NCBI GenBank assembly: GCA_949358305.1
Contig: OX442314.1
Location: 8,742,001 to 8,806,000, forward strand
Reading direction: 5' to 3'
Origin: Strigamia acuminata
Taxonomy: Eukaryota
Length of the DNA: 64,000 bases
Part shown: positions 26,817-38,025 of the stretch, piece by piece
Layout: each line of letters begins with the position of its first letter
Numbering within the stretch: position 1 is the first letter of the stretch
Position numbers and translations under genes: made by a program
Notes under the pieces: model-generated
What the model was told of the DNA's origin: nothing
What the model saw: only the letters and a program-made list of their open reading frames with translations
Databases searched by the model: none

Positions 26817-27018
26817 AAAACGAAAAATTCCCCTTTTTAACCCACTCAGCAGCCAAACCTCAATTAAAATTAACAAAAATTACTTTAAAAAACACCTAAT
26901 GAATTGCTATTTCATCAAATAAACGTCGTTAAAATTTAAACCACACTAAAATACCCCGATTACCAAACCGGAAGTATACATCCCGCCGTTCCGCGATTAG
27001 TAAAAACCGAGTTTTAAA

Positions 27019-27126
27019 AGGTGTGGCGATAAAGGTACTTCACACTCGAATACATCGTTTCGGGAAGCAAACCTGACCTCGTCTAGCACCGTCTAGTACC
27101 ACACACGTGTAGTAAGTGACTGGCAC
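27019..27126 (-). ncRNA. Box H/ACA snoRNA candidate
   Basis: Minus strand: hairpin GTGCC..TACTAC/GTGGTA..GGTGC, H box AGACGA, hairpin GGT..TGCTTC/GAAGTA..GCC, then ACA + 3 nt. GC-richer island inside an AT-rich intron; short (108 nt) for the class. Confidence 0.65.
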
Positions 27127-28162
27127 TTTTTATTTTCTATTTTATTCCCATTTACCACTCGTAAAACACGCACAAACACGGTTTTTTCACCCGAAATAAC
27201 ATCGTCACGCACTCAAACGTTCCTAAAATCCACATAAATCGCATAAATTATGTTAAAAACGTCGAAAAAACAAATAATTTGCGTATTAAACGCGTACATC
27301 CGGGTCTCGAATTCGAATTACACTGAAAAATAGAAAGAAAAATTAATGACGGCCTTAAATCATTTTTTTTTAAATTTTTTTTTTAAATGTTTTAACTGTG
27401 CCCGACTAACCCAGATTTCGAATCAAGAATGTACTCTTTGATTCGCAATTGAAAGTTTACTATAACCTTGCGACGGACCTAGATAACTGACAGACTCGAG
27501 GGATGATGTTGAAAAATTGCACGGTCGCGTATTCCCCATCTAAAAACTCCAACAATGAGCGCGGTAGTGTTAAACTGAGGTAAGAGTTGAGAAATCTGAA
27601 TTTTTATATGCGCTTTGTTGGGTATGTGTAAAAACTGGTTGGATTTGGCGGAAATTTCGTAATTTTCGGCGTAAAAAGTTTTTTTTTTGAAGGATGTTGA
27701 TGGGATTTTTTGCTTTGGATGATTTTCTGCTCGTTTTTAGTCGTTTTTGCGTGTTTTAGCGTGAAAAAATTGTAAATTTCGAAATTTTGTGTGGAAAATT
27801 CGAAATTCGTTTCGTTTAATGACCGGTTAACTCATTCTGTCAATTTTGATGTTTGTAAATTTAAAAACCCATTAATTAAATTTTTTTTTTATTCCTGTTA
27901 TTGCAACATCATTTCGAATGTAATTTGTATTTATCTATTCATCATTCATCACACCTTTCCATGTCAACCCATTTTCTGCACCTGCGCACTAGTTTTAGAC
28001 CATAAAAATACAATTATCTTGATTTAAATAAGAAAATAAAATTTCATGAATTTATATATATAAATTTAGGTTTAATTTGTGTTAAATTTTGCAATTTATA
28101 TTCGCTCTTTAATTTTTTTTATATTTTATTTCAGGCGGTTTAGTATTTTGCGATCATCAGCC

Positions 28163-30106
28163 ATGTCTGGACTAAGTAATGAGGAAGCGGACAACGCATG
28201 CGCAGAACCTGATATGGTCACAAAAGTATATTTGTATTATTTCTCGAATTAAAAAATTGAAAAATTAATTTAATTTGTTCTTTTTAGGATTATATAATGC
28301 AACAAACCATGTATCGTATTAAGGACCCTAAAGTATCGTTGGATTTCTACACCCGAATTATGGGGATGAGGTGATTATGAAAACGAGGCCGATCAATGAG
28401 TTTATTCGTTGTCATGGTTTTATTTCCCATTTCAAACTCAAGATAAGAGTTAATGATTCGAGAAATGGATAATATAAGTATTTTACGATAAAAAGGAAAT
28501 ATGTTACTATTAATTATTTACTTTCGTAATGATAAAATTCGAATTCTCCATAATTTGTTTACCAACAAGCGGTGGCGCTGCAAACCAGAATTTTCAAATC
28601 GCCGCCATTTTGAACAAAATAAAATGCAAAAAAATGTCGTTTTTAGGTGTTTTTAGACCAAAAATTGCTAAAATCGACTTTTTTTTAGACGAAATAAATG
28701 GCTGAAATGCAATTATACACCAAAATAATTTTTTTGTGATTTTTTGTGATTTTTTGTGATTTTTCCAGATTACTCCAGAAACTCGATTTTGCCGACATGA
28801 AATTCACTCTCTATTTCGTCGGATACGAACCTGCACATTCCATCCCGAAAGACAATGTGGAAAGAACGAGATGGACATTTACCCGAAAGGCGACGTTAGA
28901 ATTAACTCAGTAAACATTTTCATCGTTAAAAGAGAAAACAAAATTGAAATTAAATAAAAATTGAATTATTTCAGCAATTGGGGAACTGATACCGATTCTG
29001 ACCTTAAATATCATAATGGCAATACCGAACCAAGAGGTTTTGGACATATCGGAATAATGGTACCTGATGTTGACAAAGCGTGCAACAGATTCGAAGAACT
29101 CGGCGTGAAGTTTGTCAAAAAACCCAACGATGGTAAAAATTTTATGTTTTTCTACACAACTATTGAAATTACGCTTTCACCACCACTAACATTATCCTTT
29201 TTAAGACAACAAAATGCATCTTCAACTACAAAGACGCATTTTGTGAAAAAATGAAATATTTTGCACAAAAATCCAAATTTCTCATGCAAAAATGCATCTT
29301 TTATGCAAAAATTATTTTTTTTAATGCAAAAATTATTTTTTTTAATGCAAAAATTATTTTTTTTAATGCAAAATTTTTTTTTTTTAATGCAAAAATTATT
29401 TTTTTTGTGCAATAATTATTTTTTAGGGACCATAATGCACTTTTCTGGTAGCAAATGCATTTTTGACTTCTAAAAATGCATTTGCTTATGCAAAAATGCA
29501 ATTTTCTTATACAAAATTGCATTTTTCTTATATAAAAATGCATTTTTCTTATGCAAAAATGGATTTTTCTAAGTCAAAATGCATTTTTTTTATCGAAATG
29601 CAAATTTTATTTTGCAAGAATGCATTTTTAGGAGCCAAAATGCATACCGTATTTTACCAAATAAGAGCCGCGGCTTTTATTCAAAACTGCCACTTTGAGC
29701 TGCGGCTTTAATTCGGGGGCGGCTCCAATTCGGGGGTGGCTCTTATTTTAAATAGTGGCCAATATCGTACTATTACGTTCATTGAACGTATATAGCCGCG
29801 GCTACTATTCGAGGGCGGCTCTTATATCAAGTCGCCTATCTCAGCCGCGGCTACTATTCGAGGGCGGCTACAATTCGAGGGCGACTCTTATTCGGTAAAA
29901 TACGGTATATTTTTTGCACAAACAAATTTTTTTGTGCTAAAATTCATTTTTGTGTGCTAAATAAATCTTTTTTGAGTTATATAAATAATAATTTATTTTG
30001 TTGTCACTTATTTCTAGGTAAAATGAAAGGAATTGCTTTTATTCAAGATCCAGATGGATATTGGATAGAAATTTTGAACAGCGACACAATGGCGGACGGA
30101 TTATGA
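28163..30106 (+). CDS. GLO1: Glyoxalase I / lactoylglutathione lyase, copy 1 (possible upstream in-frame exon 27503-27579)
   Basis: Exons 28163-28225, 28288-28370, 28769-28909, 28975-29132, 30018-30106. Motifs [41 protein letters not shown] metal ligands intact. Confidence 0.95.
29647..29905. mobile_element. Tc1/mariner(pogo)-like MITE
   Basis: TA|CCGTATTTTACC.AATAAGAG.CGC ... GCGACTCTTATTCGGTAAAATACGG|TA. Confidence 0.8.
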
Positions 30107-30432
30107 AACCCAAACTTGAAAATCGAGGCTATTATATATTATATTGTATTAATTAATAATTAACTTTATATTCTATGTCCCTTTACTGATCTTTTGAGTG
30201 CTAATAATGTGATTTCTCAGTTTTCTTTAATGTTGAATTAAATTAATTTCTCTTCTAATTTTCGCTCACGAATTTTGGCATTAAAATAATTGCTCAAAAT
30301 TACAATTCACCAAAGTTTGTATCGAATTTTGTATACACAATGCAAAGAGTTGTGTTGATAATTTATAGAATTAAAATAAAACTTAGTTTTTGTTGTATTA
30401 CCACGTGATGTTCATTTGTTTAAAAAATATAT

Positions 30433-33400
30433 ATGATGTGTATTCGAAAAATGTTTTTATTCCGCATTCCTAATTTCGCAGTCAATATGAAGCAAATATC
30501 GACAAGAAAAGAATGTTTGTGGTAATTTGTTCCTTTCAATGCGATGTTTTCAAATATTTTCATTTTTAATTTTATTTTAGGCGAATTTGTATTTCACGAT
30601 CACTATCGTCCGCCATTACCGGACTAAGCAACGACCAAGCGAACCGCGCATGCGCAGAACCTGACATGGCCACGAAAGTAATTTTAAAATTATTTCAAAC
30701 CTAATATTTAACTATTGATTTTATTTATTGTTTTTAGAATTATATAATGCAGCAAACTATGTATCGTATTAAAGATCCCAAATTATCATTAGATTTTTAT
30801 ACCCGGATAATGGGAATGAGGTAAATTTGAAAACGAGGCTGATCAATGAGTTTATTCCGAGGTTTATTATTCGTTGCTATAGTTTTATTTCCCACTTAAA
30901 ACTCAAGATAAGAGTTTATGGTTCGAAAAGTGGTTAATATAATATATGTCGTATTTATCAAGGTAAATTAAAAATATTACTATTATTTATTCACTTCGTA
31001 ATGACGTTAATTCGAACTCTGCATGATTTCCTCAGTTTGTGTTTATCAACAAGCGGTGGCGCTGCTAAACAGATTTTTCAACTCGTCGCCATATTGGATT
31101 TATTAAAATGGCCAAAAAATCTCGTTTTTAGTCTTTTTAGACCCAAAAATAGCGAAGATCGATTTGTTTCAGACGAAATAAATGACTAAATAAGGGTTTT
31201 GCCAGCCGTAAAATGGTTTAGCCTCTTCTCTTTTAGCCTCATTTCCTACTTTTTATTGTTGTGTATGTTGGATAATATTGCGCCAGCCTCTGGCAGTGCC
31301 AGCCGACTATTTGCCAGCCTTTTATTTTTCAGCCTTTTTTAATATTTTATAATAAAGTAAAATAGACAAAAAATGATTATTTAATATTTGCCTGCAATTT
31401 AATTTTTAGCTTTTTATTCCCTAATAGCATTAAATGAAGTAATTAATTTTAATTTGCCAGCCCTAACATTTTCAGCCTTTTTTCCCCTTACTAAAACATT
31501 TTATACATAGTACTGATTACTTGTCTGCAAGACAAGCAGTACGGCTCCACCTTATCTTGTAGGAAGTTTTCCACACATGCGGAGCAGAATCTGTGTGCAC
31601 ATGGCACCAACAAAATGTTCAGCTTGTTATCCAGGCAAATGGAACATTGGTTTGATTCATGTTCCGATTCTTCAACTTCCGCACCTCGCAAAACCTCCCG
31701 CAAGTTATAACGATGCTGTACCTGCTCCTCAGTCATGCTTCGGTGCCTGGGCATGCCAAGACTCGAGAGCGTTGTTAGTCCTGTGCGGCAAACGGTACAC
31801 AGTTAATCTTTCCTTACCCACCGTCTGCAGCCAATACCTGTCTGTGTAATCAAGGAACGTGTCAATCGCACTGGCTTCTGGAAATCGGTCCTTCACTGAA
31901 GCCCACTCCGCTTTGACGATGGCAAAACCCTCCGGAATTAGATCAGCCTTCAACAACGGCAACGCCATCACCATGTGGATTATCGATGTCATCAACACAT
32001 AAAAGAAAGACACCAACGAAAACTTCACGACACCGTGAATGACACCGATAATGCGACGTTCGTGCGACGTTTGAGGCGTGTTCAAAAGAGGCTAGAATAT
32101 AATGGGCCGGCAAATATAAGGCTGGCAAACTAAAGGGCCGGCAAACTAAAGGGCCGGTAAGTGTAAGGCTGGCAAACAAATAGACAGGCAAGTTATGAAT
32201 ATTTTATTCATTTAATTTATATTAAAAAAGGCCAAACACAAAGAGGCTGAATTAGAAGTTAGGAAATACCAAAACCAAAAAGGCTAGAAGTTATAAGGCT
32301 GGCAACGCTGTGCACCAGATTACAGACCAAAATAAAATTATTTTTGTCATTTTTTTCTTACAAAATTTAACTTTTTGGTTATTTTTTATTTTTTTTTTTC
32401 AGATTGCTTCAGAAACTCGATTTCGCAGATATGAAATTTAGTCTTTACTTTCTCGGTTATGAACCTGCAAATTCTATTCCGAAGGACAAAATGGTGCGGT
32501 TGAGGTGGACATTTACTCGGAAAGCGACAATCGAATTAACTCAGTAAAAATTACTTTTAAAAAATTAAAATATAAAAATAAAATGGATATTGAATTATTT
32601 TCAGCAATTGGGGAACTGAAACAGATGCCGGATTTAAATATCACAATGGCAACGCCGAACCGAGAGGTTACGGACACATCGGAATAATGGTACCGGATGT
32701 TGACACAGCATGCCAAAGATTCGAAGCTCTCGGTGTTAAATTTGTTAAAAAACCTAATGATGGTAACAATTATTAATTTTCTAGAAAACTATTCAAATCA
32801 AATGCATTTTTAAGAGAAAAAATGCATTTTCCAGTGCATTCATGTACATCTAAGTGTATAATGTACTTTGTACGGGCAAAAATTGATCAAAAATGATATT
32901 TTTACGATGAAAAAAATACAAAAAATGCCACTTTTGAGCTTGTCACGGGCAGGTTACCCACCCTTCTTTTTTATTCATTTCTACTTAGTTTAACCCATTT
33001 CTTAAGTTTACTTATTTTTTCCCAATCTCTGTTTTCATCTAAGATTGATGAATCATCTCTAAATATATGCGCAGCTTCGCCGCCAGGACCAAATTTGCGC
33101 AACCCAAATTTGCGCCGTCTTTTTTTTGGCTCAAATTTGCGCAGACCCAAATTGGCGCAAAGTGGACCAAATTTGCGCCAAAAATAAATAAACTGAATAA
33201 AAATACAAGGGGACCAAATTTGCACCGGCCCAAATTTGCGCCGACCCAAATTTGCGCCGATCCAAATTTGCGCCGACCCAAATTAGCGTTGTTATTCTTG
33301 GGCCCAAATTTGCGCGGGATTAATTTAGCGCGACGCATGCACAGTAAATTGTTTGAATTGATGTTCATTCAATCACTTCTTATAACTCTATAAGTAATTT

Positions 33401-34957
33401 AATTGTTTGCAAGTGTGCACAATTTGGGTGATATTAAATATTGAACCATGAAAATTCAAATTTTTTTTTATTAACAGGAGCAAAATGTGTAGTACCACAC
33501 AAAGCAACATTGCTTACAATTGTGGTCACATGGCTTGTGCTGCTTGCATTAGAACCAGTGTGCAATTTTCGGTGGAACTAAAATGTCATGTGTGCAGAGC
33601 TGTGATGACAGAGCGTAGAGACTTGACCAGGCTTTTCATTTGAACCATCAGCAGTAGGCAACTGGCGGACCATCGAAACTTGGACCGCCAGATATTTTTT
33701 ATTATATATTATGGTATTTTTGGTGTTTTTTGGTTTTTTTTGTTGTTTCTTTTTGGTGTTTTTGGTGTTTTTTGGTGTTTTTTGTGTTCTTTTTGTTTTA
33801 TTTTGTTGTCTATTTCTGGACCTCGATAAAAATTTCCAATTTTTCCAGACCCCACTTGAAATTACTTGCCGACCCCTGATTTAAACATTAACTTGAATAC
33901 AACATTTACAAATAAAAAAAAATTTGAATTTTCATGGTTCAATATTTAATATCACCCAAATTGTGCACACTTGCAAACAATTAAATTACTTATAAGAAGT
34001 GATTAAATGAACATCAATTCAAACAATTTACGGCGCATGCGTCGTGCTAAATTGATCCCGCGCAAATTTGGGCCCAAGAAAAACAACGCTAATTTGGGTC
34101 GGCGCAAATTTGGGTCGGCGAAAATTTGGGTCGGCGCAAATTTGAGTCGCGCAAATTTGAGTCGCGCAAATTTGGTTAGCGCAAATTTGGGTCGGCGCAA
34201 ATTTGAATCGCGCAAATACGGGTCGCGCAAATTTGATTTGCGCTAATCTGAACCCTGTCCCGCAGCTTCATCGCGCGCATTTCATTATTTCTAACAATTA
34301 GACTTGTTTTATACCTTTCACCCCCTGACCTACTTTGATCGATCTAACCGTGTGACTCATGTTTACCTCGTCACCTTTTTCACTGATTAATATCACTTCT
34401 TCATACTTCTTTCAACGAGTTAACACCTTTTAGACTGAGTTGAAGTGGTCACCTTTAGTTTAACATTGCGTCTTAATACGCGCAACTCTATTTAACTCTT
34501 AATAGCGCCTCTTTTTGCCCACCTTTTATCATTCGCATGCCTGTGACATTCTACGCCCACCCGCTTATGAATTACACTGCGCATACTCATTTCTTTTAAC
34601 GTCAAAACCCACAACGTGAGATTCGAGCCCGTCGAATATAAATAATGGGTGTTACAGCGAGCTTAGGTTTATTCACCGTCCGATATCCGCATCTGACGAC
34701 GGCACAACACGAGTAAATCTACGAACTTTGCCCACTGGTTTGCGCTACATTTCCTTGCGCGTAAATTCAGATCAAATTAACTAAACATCTAAGTTGATTC
34801 GTAACAAGCTAAAATAAAACATTAACAACATTTGATGTTAAATTCTGTTCATGTCGAGTTTGTTCTAGGTACGATGACTGGGATTGCTTTCATTCAAGAT
34901 CCAGACGGATATTGGATAGAAATTTTGAATTGCGACACAGTGTCAAGCGGAAACTGA
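30433..34957 (+). CDS. GLO1: Glyoxalase I, tandem copy 2, with N-terminal presequence-like extension
   Basis: Exons 30433-30521, 30581-30677, 30738-30820, 32403-32543, 32605-32762, 34869-34957 are in frame. Same intron positions as copy 1, homologous intron sequence, metal ligands intact. The codon matching the copy 1 ATG is ATT (30615). Confidence 0.85.
31194..32320 (-). mobile_element. Internally deleted Mutator-like element with transposase C-terminus and RING finger
   Basis: Inverted GCCAGCC/GGCTGGC subterminal repeats. ORF 31729-32085 (MALPLL...FLDY..YWL...[14 protein letters not shown]-type) is followed by ORF 31491-31754 (CSICLD...[10 protein letters not shown]...CLSCR, RING-HC). The insertion is absent from the homologous intron of copy 1. 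Confidence 0.75.
33079..34260. mobile_element. Mutator/foldback-like element with long TIRs and a RING-finger fragment
   Basis: 9-bp TSD CGCAGCTTC (33070-33078, 34261-34269); inverted CAAATTTGCGC arrays plus long inverted arms; internal 33479-33643 (+) reads SKMC...CGHMACAAC...CHVCRA...TRLFI*. Confidence 0.85.
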
Positions 34958-35963
34958 AACCAAGAACTTTACAATTGAAACCATTACATATTAAGTGAAT
35001 TTGACTGCTAATACAGTGATTTCTAAATTTTGTGTAAATAAACATTCAAAAGAAATTTACGTCATTAATTTCTTAACAAATGAAATATCGTTAAGCTTTA
35101 CGTTGGCGCCGGGTCCGAATAAGCGCCCGGGGTAAAAATATTAATTTAATATATAATATTAATTTAATATTAATAAACGCCGACATCAACCCAGAAATTG
35201 TCCAGTAGTTGGATTCAAAAACTCCAAAACGGATCATTTCTGTCGCCATTTCGCCAAGTACGCGAAAAAAAAGTGCACCGTCATACGCGGTTAACGATTG
35301 CTGTCGAAGTTGAGCAGGAAAGCCGCCCGTGTCCCCGACGATACACAGTCATTATACGTATCGAATTATTGATGTTTACACTCAATTTGAATGAGTGTAA
35401 ACATCGTAGCGTGCTTTTTATTGAAGAGTTGATTAAGAATTACGACGGGATTTTGAAAGTTCAAAAGAGATCCACACGTTGATATTCGACAAAAACTGCA
35501 TCAAACTTACGATTGAAATGGATTGAAAATCTGACCAAAAATCAAGACATGCTGCACGTGGTAAATTTGAAATTACACTGATTTATTCGGGGTTCACAAA
35601 ATACAAAACAAGGACAAAGAAAGATTATGACAAATTATGACACCAAAACGTATTTCCGGTTCCACGAATCCGCGTCATCGCTTCTCAACCAAAAAACACC
35701 TCCTCGATGTCGACTTCTCTGCACGGCGCGTCTTCCAATTCCTTCGATTCTGTGCGACCTCGAGGCTTCTAAAACACCCAGTTTTTACAGGGATGGAGAT
35801 CGAGATGGAGATTTAGATGGATTTGGTTAATTCGTTCGTGAATTTTCAAGAATTGATTTAAAATTAATAAAAAAAAATTAATTTATTTGAATTTATTTAT
35901 TTAAATTTAAAATTTATATACAAAAAAAATAGAATAAAATAATCAAATTAACAAAAAAAATAA

Positions 35964-36419
35964 TCATAATGCAGCTGTATATCGTTTCGCTGCACAATAT
36001 AGTGTCGCTGTACCGAATCCGAACAGCAACAAAATATACAGGCTGTACATTTTGTTGCTGTTCGGATTCGGTGAATTTTTGCTTACAGGACCAAGAATTT
36101 CAGTTAAAACAGGTCGCCAAGTGACTCTTTTCAATGGCTTGAGTTTTTTCTTTTTTAAACCACTTTGTTTATCCGACCAATTATTTACAATATCAAATTT
36201 CGAATCCTGTGAAACCGGAAGTCCAGTTTGAACATCGTCCGTTTTATTGGAATAACAACCCAGCGGTCGTCGCCCGTTTAGAAATAAATCGATCATTTCT
36301 GGACTATTTTCTTGCAATTTTTGTTCAAAATCAGATTTGACTTTACTTCGTGCTGCCTCTCTTTTCCTGCGTTTCGCAAATTTCCGGATAATATTGGCAT
36401 TACTATTTTGTTTACTCAT
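35964..36419 (-). CDS. Hypothetical 151-aa basic protein with RVxW motif and C-terminal hydrophobic anchor
   Basis: Uninterrupted non-repetitive ORF in AT-rich DNA; KKKKLKPLKRVTW; YSLYILLLFGFGTATLYCAA followed by KR; TATATA and TCAGT upstream at ~36510-36543. Confidence 0.5.
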   Translation of the reverse strand: MSKQNSNANIIRKFAKRRKREAARSKVKSDFEQKLQENSPEMIDLFLNGRRPLGCYSNKTDDVQTGLPVSQDSKFDIVNNWSDKQSGLKKKKLKPLKRVTWRPVLTEILGPVSKNSPNPNSNKMYSLYILLLFGFGTATLYCAAKRYTAAL

Positions 36420-36853
36420 TTTGCTAATCGTAATAGTAGCCTAATTTTAACCAAAAAATGTACGAAGCGTCGTGTTTTCCAAACGTCGAACACAAAACTC
36501 GTTTCGAAGTGACTGACTGTTACGGGTTGACTGTACATATATAGGTACATAAATGAAGACGTTAGACCGACGCATGCAAAGTAACGAAGCGTCTGTACTG
36601 GTACGTACAATTATTACTAACAAATATTAAATTTGCATCTATTTCTTTCGTAGTAGTGCTTATTAGTTACCAACGTTTTGCGAATAAACATCGCGCACTG
36701 TTCGAATTTCATCGAATGAATAAATAAATAAACTATTATTAAAAAACATAAATTACTTATTTAATGACTAGACATGGATTGAATAAAACTTTACAATATT
36801 TAAAACATTAACATGAATAAAAAGCTAAGATTAATGCTAAAATGTTTGACAAT

Positions 36854-37343
36854 TCACACAAAATACATTCGAGAGGCGTCGTCGTGAAGCAGCACCGCCT
36901 TCTCCATTTGCTGGATGAGATGCTCGAGTTCCACGCCCGAATTATCCATCCTAAAAACAAAAGAAAAAATGAAAAACAATTTAATTTAATTTAATTTAAT
37001 TGCACGCACTTCTCCTGTAGTTGTTCCAGGTGCTTCCTCGCCCTGAACGCCGCCAAATGCGCGTAATACGCCGGCGCCGGGATCGAAACCGACCGCGGAC
37101 AACGAACGTACGTGTGACACAATTCGTACGTCAACTGGTGCAAATCGTCCGCACTGAAATCACTGTCGTCCCACAACACGTGATAATGCGTCGGCCGACT
37201 CGTCCCCTGCAAAAAACACGAATAAATCAATAAATTCCCTCCATTTAATTCAATTCAATTCACTTGAATTCCTTGATGGCTGCACAGAAAAACGTTGTTT
37301 TCGCTCGGATGGACGATGGCCCTGTCGACCACGGTGCTCGGTG
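36854..37343 (-). pseudogene. 5'-truncated Argonaute duplicate (last PIWI exons)
   Basis: [13 protein letters not shown]...CSHQGIQ / [14 protein letters not shown]...[11 protein letters not shown] / ...RMYFV*. Introns and ~300 bp of 3' flank are nearly identical to 62070-62900. No upstream exons. Confidence 0.9.
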
Positions 37344-38025
37344 GAACGTTCTTGCTTCTGCCGTACTTGGCGAAATGTTTTAACACGCCAAGTTTGCAAA
37401 AACAAAGTGCGTCGACTCCGAGGACAGGCCATTACACACGGCATACGCGGTTCATGGTTCGCGTCAAAGTTGAGCCGGAAAGCCGCCCGTGCCCCTGACG
37501 ATACACAGTCACTGTGAATCGAATTATTGATGTTTACATTCAATTTGAATGAGTGTAAACATCGTTCATTGTTGAACACTGCCCAACACTGTGACGGTAC
37601 CGGTGTAATTGGATTTTTTTGAGTTTATTTTGTATACTTTTGATTAATAATAATAAACATTTAGATTTTTTTACTAAACAATTACTGTGAATTGCTTAAA
37701 CAATTCGCTCGCTGTATAACGAATCGCGCTAAAATTGGGTTGGGTATTTGTTTATCGCGCAAAATCGATTAGCGCAAAATCGATTCGCGAATTAAATTTA
37801 CGCGCTAGATGACACGGACCATGTTCATGATGGGTGTACTCGTAATATAAATCCTATCAAAAGAAGGAATTTTTAGAAGAGACTCGTTTAGCATTTATCA
37901 TTTGATCAAATGTTAAATGGCGGCAGACTGAACTTTATGTCTAGACTTGAAAATCACCTTAATAATAATTAATAAATAAAGACATGAAAAAAAATCGTAA
38001 TGAATCCTCATTAGACCAATAATTC

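Larger units (their letters stand above)
25060..27455 (-). ncRNA. Putative spliced non-coding snoRNA host gene
   Basis: Short exons with GT-AG sites and no long ORF (~27455-27411 starting CTTTC, 27322-27298, 26945-26896, 26584-26462, 25302-25213, terminal exon from ~25148); snoRNA-like elements in successive introns; head-to-head with glyoxalase I. Ends are approximate. Confidence 0.55.

Noticed and set aside
27394..27520. Second H/ACA-like fold (minus strand hairpin CGAATCAA/TTGATTCG ... ACA)
   Set aside because: ACA spacing is too long and the first hairpin is poor; better explained as exon 1 plus a GTTAGT donor of the host gene.
27500..27580. Plus-strand ATGATG...CTGA as a C/D snoRNA
   Set aside because: Imperfect C box and no terminal stem; it ends at a strong splice donor and is in frame with GLO1.
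32941..34656. Possible solo LTR (TGTCAC...GTTACA) hosting the Mutator-like element
   Set aside because: No matching TSD and no second copy in the window.
35371..35405. TGTAAACATC as a miR-30-like microRNA
   Set aside because: The stem is only 14 bp and the motif is on the wrong arm; too short for a pre-miRNA.
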